From NCBI GenBank assembly GCA_003971905.1, contig RSEE01000020.1:434001-498000 (forward strand): a DNA stretch of 64,000 bases. Direction: 5' to 3'. Both the position numbers and the translations under genes were made by a program. Below the pieces are notes generated by a model. It saw nothing but the letters and a program-made list of their open reading frames with translations. It made no database searches and was not told the DNA's origin. Source of the stretch: Moniliella sp. 'wahieum'. Taxonomy: Eukaryota. Of the stretch, positions 38,601-49,962 are shown piece after piece (the first letter of the stretch is position 1; every line of letters starts with the position of its first letter).

Positions 38601-41600
38601 GAAGGCGAGCTAGTGGACTCACGTGCCTGGGCAGAAGCGCGGGCCAAAGACCAAGGACGTGAGCGCCGCTCACTTCCTCCCTCGGAAACCATGTCGGATG
38701 CACTGCTTGAACTGCCATGACGCTGGTGACCATACATGCGTAACTTGCCCAACCCAAGACTGAGTGTATCCGCCAGTGTCTTTGGAGACCGCAGACCCAC
38801 TTTGGGGGAGTGGGGAGATGCTGGAGCCGCGTCGCTGCTCTCGGTAGCCTCCTTTGATGGAGCATTAGTCGCGATGGCTTCCGACACGGGCGGATCAACA
38901 TGCGCCTCGGCCGTTGGCGTCGAGGACTTGTTCCCCATGAAAATTGGTGAGGGAGACTTCTGCAATGCGAGGGGGGTGATGGCCCCGGTAGGTGAACCCA
39001 ACGCTAGTGGGCTAGGAGCAGGTGAAATCACCGGCGAATGGAAGGCTGGTAACGGCCCCGTGTCATAACACTGGGACTAGCCACGATGGAAGGTGTCTCC
39101 TTTGCTTTGACAGCCTCTGCCAAGGCTTGTTCTTCCTGCAACTTTTGGGCCTTGGCGCGCTCTTCCTGGTCGACTGTCTGGGAAGCGCCCAACCAGGCAG
39201 CTCCAAGGTCCGGGTCGAGCCCATCGAAAGAGTGGAGAGAACGGGAGGCGTCTTCTTCTTGTTTGGACACCGGCTCTGCCCCCGGTTCATTTGAGACCGA
39301 CTCTGGCTGCTCAGTCGTTGGATCCTCCTGGGCCTCGATGTAGGTCGTTTCGGAGCGGTGCAGGTCGGGCTTGGAAGTAGGCATCGCCTCGGCCGTAACA
39401 GCCGTTTCTTCCGTAGAATGAGACGGTTCCGTTTCCTTCCCAAATCGATCCAGAATGCCACGTAAGCCAAGGAGGTCATCTCCCTGTGATCCGGAGGCAG
39501 GGATTGCGGCTTGGGGAACATCATCCACGTGAGGGGGAGGCGGCTTGGCCTGTGACGTCTGTGGCAAGACGGATTCCGCCTTCTTCTCCTCCACTGCCAG
39601 TTGCTTATCCTCTGGCACAGCCGCCGAAAGGTCCTTAGGGTTCTCCTTGGACGTTTCCTCGCGCTTGGACTCGGGCTTGGCATCCGCATCCAACTCGGGT
39701 TCCTTGGCAGCGAGAATCGCATTGATACCAAAGATGGAACCGAGGGAGATGGCAGACAATCGCTTGGGATTAACAACAGGCAATGTCGGGGGTGCATCGG
39801 AAGGATGGGGAACGGCGGGGGTGGTAGAACCAGATGGTTCGGCACTTTGCACTGCCGCGTGGTGGTCCACGGGGGCGGGGTAGGCAGGCGTCACGCTTCC
39901 CCGTCGAGAAGAAACGGATGATGCCCCCTCACTTTCTTCCGCTACGCGTTCGAGCGTGCCGCGGGGAACGGGGGCCCACTCAGCCGCCGGGTCCGAGGGC
40001 AGAGGAGAATGGTGATCCGTGTCGCTCGATGACTCGTCCTCCTCTCCGTCCTCGTCGCCCGAATCGGCACCTGATACCGCTGGAGCCACAGGGCGCGCAC
40101 GGGGGTCCGAGCTGTAACTCCGGTGCAGCGGCTCGTCCGAGTCGCTTTCCGAATCGCTTCCATGGCTCGTACGTTCGGGAACAGACGGGTGAGACGGGTA
40201 CCGATGCCGCGCTCGCACTGGAGCTTGGGGCGGCATAGGCAGAAGCCGGAGCGGAGGGTACATGCGGCTGGAGGGGCGGCTGCATCGCAGGCAGAGTCTG
40301 CGATGCAGGAAGGGGAAGCTGCGAGGTGCGGGCGGGGCTGGAACCATAGGCTCCTCTCGAGTGTGGCACAGAGGCATGATCAACAGCAAGGGGAAGGAGA
40401 AACCTGAGCATTCCAGGGCCCAGCCACTTGGCCAACCTGATAATTGGGTGCCCCGGGGGCCAGCCAACACGAGGGCGAGCAACGTGGTCTTGTTTGCGAG
40501 CGAGGCCATTGGCGGTAGAACCGTGAGTAAAGCGATTGTGGATGGGCACTGGGAGCTCCCCAGGCACGCGCCGTCATGGCCACGTCACCAGGCGGAGGAG
40601 GTGCTGCAAGGTGCGGATCATGTGGCCGCTCCCATGTACGTGCGATATCGGTGCCAGAAACGGAGGCCATGAAGGATTTCCAATCGCCTGGGCGGGGACG
40701 AGTGTCCCACTGGCCATATCCGGGTCCTTGTCCTGGGGGATGCACGTAGGGCTCAGGAGAGTGCATACGAGGCGTATGGTAACCATTCGGGCCGCGGCTG
40801 CTGATGCTCGAGGTCCGGGAGGGTGCGGAGGGGACATACGAGGGGGCATAGGCAGGTCCTAATGGGCGCGTGTCAGTACATACTAAACTGGTTGCATTCC
40901 CGAAAACGAACGGGGTCACGTACCATGGCCAGGCTGGGTGTGAGTAGGCGACGGACTGCGCATGCCGCCATAAGCGCTATGGGCACGGATCACAGGCGAG
41001 TACCCGCGTGGCGGCGGTTGAGGCTGGGGCGACAAGGCACCGGGCCCACGCGAGTAAGGGGGGTAGGCGTAGGCAGGAGCAGGAGCAGGAGCGGGAGCGA
41101 GAACGGGAGAGGAAGCGGGCGGGGCCATAGGGAGGTGGGAGGAGTAGCTGGAGGAGTAGCTGGAGGGCAGGGAGGGCACGGGTGGGACGACCTGTTGCTC
41201 CAAGGCAGCGGCGTACGAGTGGCGGGCAGACTTGTTCTTGGACAAGCGCATCGAGGCACGTGGGCTGAGAGAGCCGAGCCATGAGCCAAGGGAGCGGGAG
41301 GAGCGGTTGGTGGCGGCGCTGGTCTGGGAGCGCGCATCGTCGTCGGACAGGGCTGCGGATGGGACGTAGCTGCGGCTCTTGTTGCGGGGGCGATGGCCCG
41401 TGTGGGTGGGGGTGTAGTAGAAGCCGTTGGGGAGCTGGTTGGGGGCGGCGGCGGACGCGGGGGGCGGATGGGCGAGGGGCCCGTGGGCGGAAAACATGCT
41501 GCCGCTGAGGATGGTGGGCTCGGGGGCGGCGAAGCGAGGGCCGGGCGCACGGGGGGGGCGTAGCGCGTGGAGCGGGTGGCGGAGGTGGCATCGCTGGTGG

Positions 41601-41697
41601 TGGGTGCGTAGGACGCTGGGCGGCGGCCCGAGGCCGAGCGGGTGTCGCTGTAGGTGTGCGACGGCCGGTTGAGCAGCGAGTCGACGATGCGCGGCAT
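35671..41697 (-). CDS. Very long protein: disordered N-terminus plus C-terminal MDR (quinone oxidoreductase-like) domain
   Basis: C-terminal PPPRKVGPKEVLVAVIAVAIDGVD, GFVPGRSFCGRI..VGWAV..LRKGDIIFGL, |SGALAEYI, QIAALP, RVLILNAHDGVG, FDLVVDTIGGRKLY. Upstream minus-strand Ser/Pro-rich ORFs run continuously to MPRIVDSLL (ATG 41697). The domain call is firm; a single-gene model is less certain. Confidence 0.65.
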
Positions 41698-44600
41698 GGG
41701 TGGTGGCGGGGAGGAGGAGGAGGAGGGCGGACGCATCCAGGCGGGCGTGCGATCGCAGGGAGGGTGAGGGCGGCGGGTGATGCAGTGTGCTGAAATCTGA
41801 GTGTGAGAGCAGCGATGAGCGATGAGCGATGACATCGCTGAGATCGATCTGAGAACGGCCGAGTGCGCCGTCGGAGTGTCCAGACGTTCAGGCGGGCACC
41901 AGTCAACCAGCCCCCGCAGCAGCACGCAGTGCGCAGCCCGGGGCTGACATAAGCAGCCACGCACTGCCCCCGTGTGGCCCTCGCAGCACAGCTCTGGTCG
42001 TTGATCCGCGACAGGACGGGTGATGCGCGCGTGACGCCTGCGAGATCACACAGGTCACAGGTCACATGTCACACTCAACCGAGGCGTTCGGTCGGCCCGC
42101 AGGGGGGCTGTCTGGCTGCATGCCGTGGCCAATGCGCAGGCGCATCCGACCCTCTCTGGCCGGTTGCGCCACACTAGTCACGTGTCACTCTGACAGTGAC
42201 ATTAGTGACTGCACCTCCCCCCGTGCGGGTGGGAGAATGCGCGCCGAACCATGGCTGCCTATTGGTGCACACAACTCGCCCCCAAGTCGCGTTATGGACA
42301 GCCCCACAACACTTCACTAGTCACTCCGCGCTTGGGCAGGGACTGGGCGGGACTGCCACAACCGAGTGCGGCTGGTAGGCAGGGATGGTGGAGGCATGCT
42401 CCATCAGTATATTACAGTAGCAAGTGGGGCACAGCTAACAACAATCCTCCTCCTCCTGTCGCGGCCTGACACCCCTCCCTGAGCCATCCCACTTACCCAC
42501 TCATCAGTTTTGGATCAATCCATAGTACCTGCTGTCCCCGGGGGGGCCAGACGAGCTGGCGAGCCCAGATGAGTCAATACGCGCGCTCTCTTCGCCATCT
42601 CTCACCTCGAGACATGCTCTGCTCCCAGGCGCGCAATAGTACTAGGACTTTGGGTCGTCGACCCGAGAGGTCCCCTCATGTTACGGCTACGCGGGCCTCC
42701 ACGGATCTCCCCGCTGAGGGTTGAGGACGGAGCGCATCTATGGCTCGTTTATTTCCTTCTTATTCGTCAATCTATACACAGTATAGATGTGACACCTTCT
42801 CTTAATGTCGACTCCCCTGCTCTCTCCGTCTTCTTTCCACTCAGTTTCGCATCTTTCTCAGCAGACCCATTGTCAGACTCACGCCGTGCTAGGGGGCCCT
42901 TGGCCCACTAGGCCCGTATGGGCACTATGACGTGATTCCTATCAGTTGGGAGATCCTGTGTCCACCTCTCGACTATGCCCCCTTCCTGAGAGGACATATA
43001 CCTCCTGTCCGTCCATAGATGTATCCAATCCATCTGCGTCCCTTCCCCCATCTCCGTCTCCTGACAGCCATCACACCTCTTCAATTCCGCAGTGTTGGGC
43101 TTTCCATCATACCCAGTTTTTGGAGCGCTCTCTAGAAATTCCACACTACCAATCCTAGTCTCAGATCTAATCCTGTTTCCCGCTGCGTCCAGGCAGCCGC
43201 AGGCTATTAACTACTCCTTCTTTTCGCCTCCAAAAGTCTGGAAGACTTTATTCACACACGTCACACTACGCCTGTCCAAGCCGGTACCTACGCAACATCG
43301 ATACACAAGCAGTCGCATCACAGCCATACATCGAGAGGTCTCTACTTGGCACGGGCTTAGGCACGAGTCTCTGCCTAAGCTTCTGGAGATTCTCCTTTAA
43401 TCCCCGCCGGGCGGGCCCCAACTGATGGGGTCCACTCATGACACTTCGGATCGTATGTGACAGTACGGGTGGGCGCAAAACCGTCAGGAGTGTCACATGT
43501 CGCCGGCAGCCTCCGCGCCAGCCGGCCTGATGGAGTGACAAACACAATCCGCCCCTGAGAGGCCTGAACAGGGAAACCATCGTGTATAGCGACCACAGGC
43601 AGATGTATGCCCCGTGGACTGCGGATTTGGCCCGGGGGGCCAGTGTCGATGTCCTAGTGAACCAACTGGCTATGGAGATGGCAACGGATGCTGAAGCCTA
43701 CAAGACCGTGGCGCAGGTGATCGATTGCGGGCAAGAGAGAAGTGGGGTTGGGTGGTAGGAGAAGTAGGACGAGGACTATACAGCAGAAGGCTACTAGTTG
43801 CTGGCTTCCGTGCGGATACGCGCGCATCACCAGTTTCGAAGCCCGCGGAGCCTCGGGCTGGTGACTAGTGACTATAGTGAGGCCGGGGGCCGGAAGTGCT
43901 CCACTACGGCCGGTGAAGTTAACCCCACAGTCACCGTCTTAACATGTAACACCAGTCCCCGCAGCGTCCGGGGTAAACGGTAAACAGGGTATATTCGAAA
44001 ACTATTTGGGCATAATAGGGTTACGTTATAGCCACCAGCACGAGGAAGTGCCATCGGATGATGTTGATGATGCATGTTAATGCTAAGTAGTGCCGCAGGA
44101 GGCTTCGCAGCCTTGCAGTCTGCTTCGTCTGCATCGCTGTATCACAGCATGTCACGCTGTGTTGGAAGCCCTCCTTTGGTTGGTAAAGCCGACGTGGTGC
44201 CTATCTTCTGCCTTGAAGATACGCAGCAGAGCAACTTCTCGACAGCAATTATGTTGGCAAGGGTAACTTGAACTTGCTTTTGTGGAGAGAGAGGGGGGCA
44301 TTGTCAGCGAATCGAGAATGCTGGTTGATGTGAGGATACCAAAGCAACAGAGCCCAGTCCGTTCGGAAAAGAAGCGCGCCGGGTAGCCAAACATGATTAT
44401 AGGCGCGATACTTGGTTTGGCCAGCAAGCCAGGCACCATGTGCATCACGTGCAGGTGGGGGGGTTGATCGTAGGGTTGCTGTCGAACGTCATGGTCCTGT
44501 CCGATATTTAGATCGACCATGATCATCTCAAGCATATCTGGTCGATGGCCGCTCCGCGCTGCCCCCGCGGGATCGAACTTCATGACGTCACGTGATGCGC

Positions 44601-44903
44601 CTGACCCACCTCGTGACGGGGAGGGTAGAGTAGGGTTCGGGGATCCGGCCCCCAGCCGCCGGTACCCGGGCCCCGCCATCCGACCGGGCCGGGGCGGATC
44701 CGGGTGGCCACCCAAGGCAGCAGCGCGCAGTGGCCCAGTGCTGCCTTTGGCCCAGCCCGTTTCAACGCTCTTGCACAGCCTGGCACGGCGCCTGCCTGCC
44801 TACTTGCCCCACGATCCGCCTTATAGGCTGCCCGCCTGAAAACCCGTCTTCCGGCGCCGCGCGTCTTGTTGCTTCCTTGTCCAGCCCCACCACCCTCGTC
44901 GTC

Positions 44904-46266
44904 ATGAGCTTCCTTGCCCGCTCCTCCCGCCCCTTCGCCCAGGCCGCCACCGCCACCGCTGCCGCTGCCCAGCCGCTGCGCGCAGCTGCGCGCTCTTGCC
45001 TCCTCCGCCCCGGCGCGCGAGTCGTACGGCCTGACCGAGGACCAGGAAGCGTACCGCGGTACGTTGTCTTTCCCTCTGCTTGCTTTGCCTTGGTCTTGCG
45101 CTTGCGCTTGCGCTCGCTCCTCTTCCGCTTGCCCTGCTGACCTTCTCTTGCCTCCAGACCTTGCCCGCCAGTTCACGGCTGAGAACATTATTCCCGTTGC
45201 CAAGGAGTACGACGAGACGATGAAGTACCCCTGGCCCATTATCAAGAAGGCGCACGAGGCCGGCTGATGAACCTCCACGTGCCCACCGAGTACGGTGGTC
45301 CGGGCCTGCACCTGCTCGATGCCTCGCTCATCTCGGAGGAGATTGCCTTTGGCTGCTCGGGCATCCAGACTGCGATGGAGGCCAATGGTTTGGCCGAGGC
45401 ACCCCTCCTGGTCGCTGCCAACGATGCTCAGAAGAAGAAGTACCTGGGCCGGATGACCGAGGAGCCACTGGTAGCCGCGTACTGCGTTACGGAGCCCGGT
45501 GCCGGCTCGGACGTGGCCGCGGCCCAGACCAAGGCGGAGAAGAAGGGGGGACAAGTGGGTGATCAATGGAACCAAGATGTGGATCACCAACGCCGGTCAT
45601 GCCAACTGGTTCTTTGTCTTGGCCAAGACGGACCCGAGTCAAAAGGCCGGAAAGAGCATGACAGGCTTTATTGTGGATGCCGACTCGCCTGGCATTGTGC
45701 TGGGCAAGAAGGAGATCAACATGGGCCAACGCGCGTCCGACACGCGCATGGTCACCTTTGACAATGTCGAGGTACCAGAGGAGAATGTGCGGCAAGCCTG
45801 GGGATGGATTCAAGATTGCCATGGGGGCATTTGACATTACCCGTCCGATGGTTGCGTCGGGGTGCGTTGGGTGGGGGCAACGTGCGTTCCACGAGGCGGC
45901 CAAGTACGCCAGCGAGCGCAAGACCATGGGCACAGAAATCATCAACCACCAAGCGATTGCGTTCATGTTGGCCGACATGGCTATGCGCGTCGAGGCTGCC
46001 GTAACGTCGTCCACAAGTCCGCCTGGCAACTGGACCAGGGGCAGCGCAACACATACTATGCTTCGATGGGCAAGGCCTTGGCCTCAGAGGCGGCCAATGC
46101 AAATGCCGCTGATGCCGTCCAGATCTACGGGCGGGCTCGGGTTCAACACGGAGGCCCCCGTGGAGAAGTTGATGCGCGACGCTAAGATCTTCATGATCTA
46201 CGAGGGCACCTCGCAGATTCAGCGCTACATGTGTCCAACTACATCAAGGCCAAGTACGCTCCGTGA
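44904..46266 (+). CDS. ACADM: Medium-chain acyl-CoA dehydrogenase, mitochondrial
   Basis: Presequence [145 protein letters not shown]. Intron 45059-45157. Confidence 0.93.
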
Positions 46267-46791
46267 TTTGGGACCTTGATCATTGCGCCCCACACCACCA
46301 TGATTACGTCTGCAGATCAAACTCCTACATTGTCCCAACACAGGAATGGTATTCCAGCAAGCAAGCCTGATCTGAGTGTGTCCATAGTGTAAGCAGGGAT
46401 CTTGGTTGCAGTGCTATCGACTATCTCGTCAGAAACGGGGTCCTTTCATTCCTCCCTGGGCCTGAGCTGATACCGGCCCTCTTCCTAAAAGCTAGGGCGT
46501 AGGCGGTGAGCGGGAAGAAGTGAGAGGCAAGTAACGGCGCAAGCCAGGAATGCTTGGGAGTGAGATCTGAGAAGGGAACAGGTGCGCTTGCGTTTCCGAC
46601 TGAGACCGGCTCGGTACAAGCCAACACGCAAAACCAACGCTGTCGCCGCTGCGCTCGTTGGAGGGGAGGGTGAGGAGCTAGGGATAGCGAGGCCGAGGCG
46701 GCCACCGGTCACGTGCTGCGGGCGTCGGGGTGTTGTCGCGACGCGCTGGCCGGCTGGTAGAGTTCACGGAAAGTGAACGTTTCACACCGCC

Positions 46792-49702
46792 ATGTCTTTG
46801 ATTTTTGGGCCAGCGGCTTCGTTCGGCTGGGAAGCAGCAAGCGGTCCAGCTTCAAGCTTCATGAGCTTCACGGCCGAAGGCCAAGCCCCCCCCACCGCCT
46901 TCTCTTCGATGCTATCCCGCGTCTCGTCCCGCTGGGCAGGCGAGGATGACGACGAAAGTGCCAAGCACCAGCACCAGCACACGAATCAGAACTACCATTC
47001 CGTCCTCGCGCACACAAACTCATGGTACGTTCTGACGCTCCTTTGGTCACCGCAGTTTTCGTCGTTGAGCAGGAGGCTAAATATGCTATGTCATGCTTGC
47101 TATGTTGCGTTTATGTTCGGTCCCCCCCCTCTCCTCTCCTCTCCAGGGCGTTTGCAACGGTAGACAAGACCCAGAATATCGCCCAGAAGCAAAAGATGGA
47201 CGAGCAGGAGCATGCACGCAAGCCGAGCCTTCCACGCCTTCACGCTCCCTCCCCGGCCCAGGTGCCCTCATTGCTCCCCCATTCCGCTTCCAGCTCCATT
47301 CCATCCACATCCTCGAATCCTCAATTCGCAGGCCCCGTCCCTGTCCTTGCGATGACCCAGCCTTCCCTGGGCTCTGCAACCGGTGCTACACAGCAAGTGG
47401 TATCCGCCCCGCGCTCCGCAGCCCTCGAGCCTGCACTGTCCGACGAGCAGAAGCAGGTGTTCGACATGGTGGTACACGGGACAAAGTCTCATGTTCACCG
47501 GCGGCGCTGGTACCGGAAAGTCCGTCTTGGCACGTGCCATTGTCAAGGCATTGTGCCGCAAGCACGGTGCGCAGCATGTTGGCATCACAGCCACCACGGG
47601 TGTAGCTGCCTTGCACATTGGTGGTCGCACTCTCACTCTTGGGCTGGGGTGGGCACTGGTAATGGTCCTGTTAAGCAGCTGGCTGCTTCTATTGCGCGCA
47701 ATCGCAAGGACTGCACTGACCGGTGGCGCTTAGCTCGGTGTGGTGATTGATGAGGTGGAGTATGCTGGACCCGTTTTTTTCGACAAGCTCGAGTCAGTCG
47801 CACGGGCGCTCCGACGATCTGAGAAACCGTTTGGTGGGATCCAGCTGGTTCTCGTTGGCGACTTTACCAGTTGCCTCCCGTTATCACCACCATGGCTAGC
47901 TGGCAGACGGATGCGGCCGATCAACGGAAAGCGAAACGGATGCACGAAGAGAAAGTGGCCGCCTACCCTTCCCGTCTCTTGTTCCATGCCTTCCAGTGGT
48001 CCAAATGCATCCCGGTGGTTGTCGTGCTCAAAACCGTCTTTCGCCAGTCTGACTCCAAGTTTGTTTCGATGCTTGAGGAGCTCCGTCGAGGCCAGTTGTC
48101 GTCGGAAACAGTGCGTCAGTTTCATGCGCTTGCCCGCCCTTTGCCTACCAACGATGGAATCCTTCCCACTGAGCTCTACCCCACCCGCCACGAGGTCAAC
48201 AGTTCTAACGAGGCTCGCCTCCGCGCCCTTGCCACCCACACCGAAACTACCTGGCCAAAGACTGGAGCCGGGTACACAAGGGCTCTCCCAATGCTATCGC
48301 CCAAGACGTGAAAACGTGGCTGGACAAGGCTACCATGGTCCCTTCCCGCCTCGAGTTGCGCAACCAAGCTCAAGTGATGCTCCTGAAAAATTGCAACGAG
48401 GAGTTGGTCAATGGCTCCCGAGGGATCATTACTGGTTTTGTCCGATTCTCCAAAGCCGCCCCGATTCGCCGATGGCAAGGACGGACGTATTACCCCCGCG
48501 AGTGGGTTCAACCTAGTACCTCTCTCTATCAAGTTCCAACGCTACCGCAACCTCGAATTCAATTCGGTCTGTGGTCAAGAGGAAGCGCACCTCACATCGC
48601 ACCAAGCGCCACGCCCTCTACCACCCAACCTATCCAAACCAGCCCCGCCCGCGTCGGCAGAAGTCGACGAATTTGACGAATTCGACGATCCTGAGATGGA
48701 CAATGTGTTGGCTCAAGTTGCCCTCAACATTGATCCTCCCCTGCGTTCGTGCTCGACCCGGGCGGGTTCCATGCCCCCCCGTGCTCTTGGGCCTAAACAA
48801 GAGCGGGACCTAGTCCCATCGAACACTGCCTCGCTCGCTGCACGCCCTTTTCGTCGGGTGGAAAGCGAGGGTGCCCGGTCGTCGCTCTCGTCCTCTTTGT
48901 TGCATGATGCAGCGGCTAAGCAGGCGCAGTCCCGCCCTCTGGACGAGGAGACGTTCGTCCCCAGTCTCGCACGTTGGCCCCGCGGAACTTCCAACGATCC
49001 ATTTCCCATGGTGGGCTAGCTGCTCAGGGTTCTCGTGCCTCGGTCACAGCAGAACGGGTGCATGGTGTGTCCCCCCTGCCAACTGCCTTGTCGCGTGACG
49101 AGGTGAACCAATTTATCGAGGTTGCCCTGCCGTCGACCGCGGCGGGCGGGATGAGCGGCCTTGATCTGGCACAGGACAATACCTTGTACCCCGTCGTGCG
49201 GTTCGTCAATGGCAAGGAATATCTAGTGGTGCACGTGGAGCATCGGGTGGAAGACCATCTTGGGCGGGAAGAAGGTGCACGGGCGCAAGTGCCACTCATG
49301 TTAGCGTGGTCCATGTCGATCCACAAGGCACAAGGAATGACGCTGGATAAAGTGTCTATCGATTTATCGCGCGCGTTTGAAAAGGGACAAGCGTACGTAG
49401 CGCTTTCGCGTGCGACCGACCTCAATCTGTTGCAGGTCCGTGGGTTTTCCGTGGACCGCGTGCGTGCCGATCCGCTGGTCGTCGCATGGGAACAACAAGT
49501 CCTTCAAGCTCAAACTCAGTTCTTTCGTCAACGCGCTCACAGGAAACGTAAACAACAAGCCCTCGCCGCTCAGCAGCAGAGTACCCGTGGTGATGCACTG
49601 CGCTTGACGTTCAAAGACAACACGGCCCATGCCTCGGCACATTCCCTCCTTGCCAACCACAAGTCTTCTGCTCCCAGCAAGAAGCGCCGTATATATGATT
49701 GA
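46792..49702 (+). CDS. PIF1: PIF1-family 5'-3' DNA helicase
   Basis: FTGGAGTGKS, ITATTGVAALHIGGRT, VIDEV, PFGGIQLVLVGDF, VFRQSD, AQVMLLKN...LVNGSRG, QVPLMLAWSMSIHKAQGMTLD, AFEKGQAYVALSRA. Intron 47025-47146 restores the frame. Confidence 0.92.
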
Positions 49703-49962
49703 GAGGGATACGGCTAGTCAGGCTGCCCTATCATCATTACCAACCTCATCACCGGTGGCGGGAGCTGAAAGGAAAGAGGATTGCCATCAACGTCTAGTTT
49801 ATACATCCCTTGCAAACAAAAACCGTCGTCGCCTCACATAGAGTCACAGGTACCTCGATTGTACAATGTTCGATGATCTTTATGGTCTTCTACTGTTACC
49901 AAACTCGTTCCTTTCATAAGGATTGCCATGCAATGATTAGTGCGGAAAGCCTGTTTGACCAG

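Noticed and set aside
41812..41833. Tandem PAC motifs (GCGATGAG) upstream of the MDR-domain gene
   Set aside because: Better explained as one of the many heptamer duplications, and the gene is not a ribosome-biogenesis factor.
46792..49702. PIF1 helicase as part of a Helitron
   Set aside because: There is no Rep/HUH endonuclease domain or Helitron termini. The architecture matches cellular fungal Pif1 between housekeeping genes.
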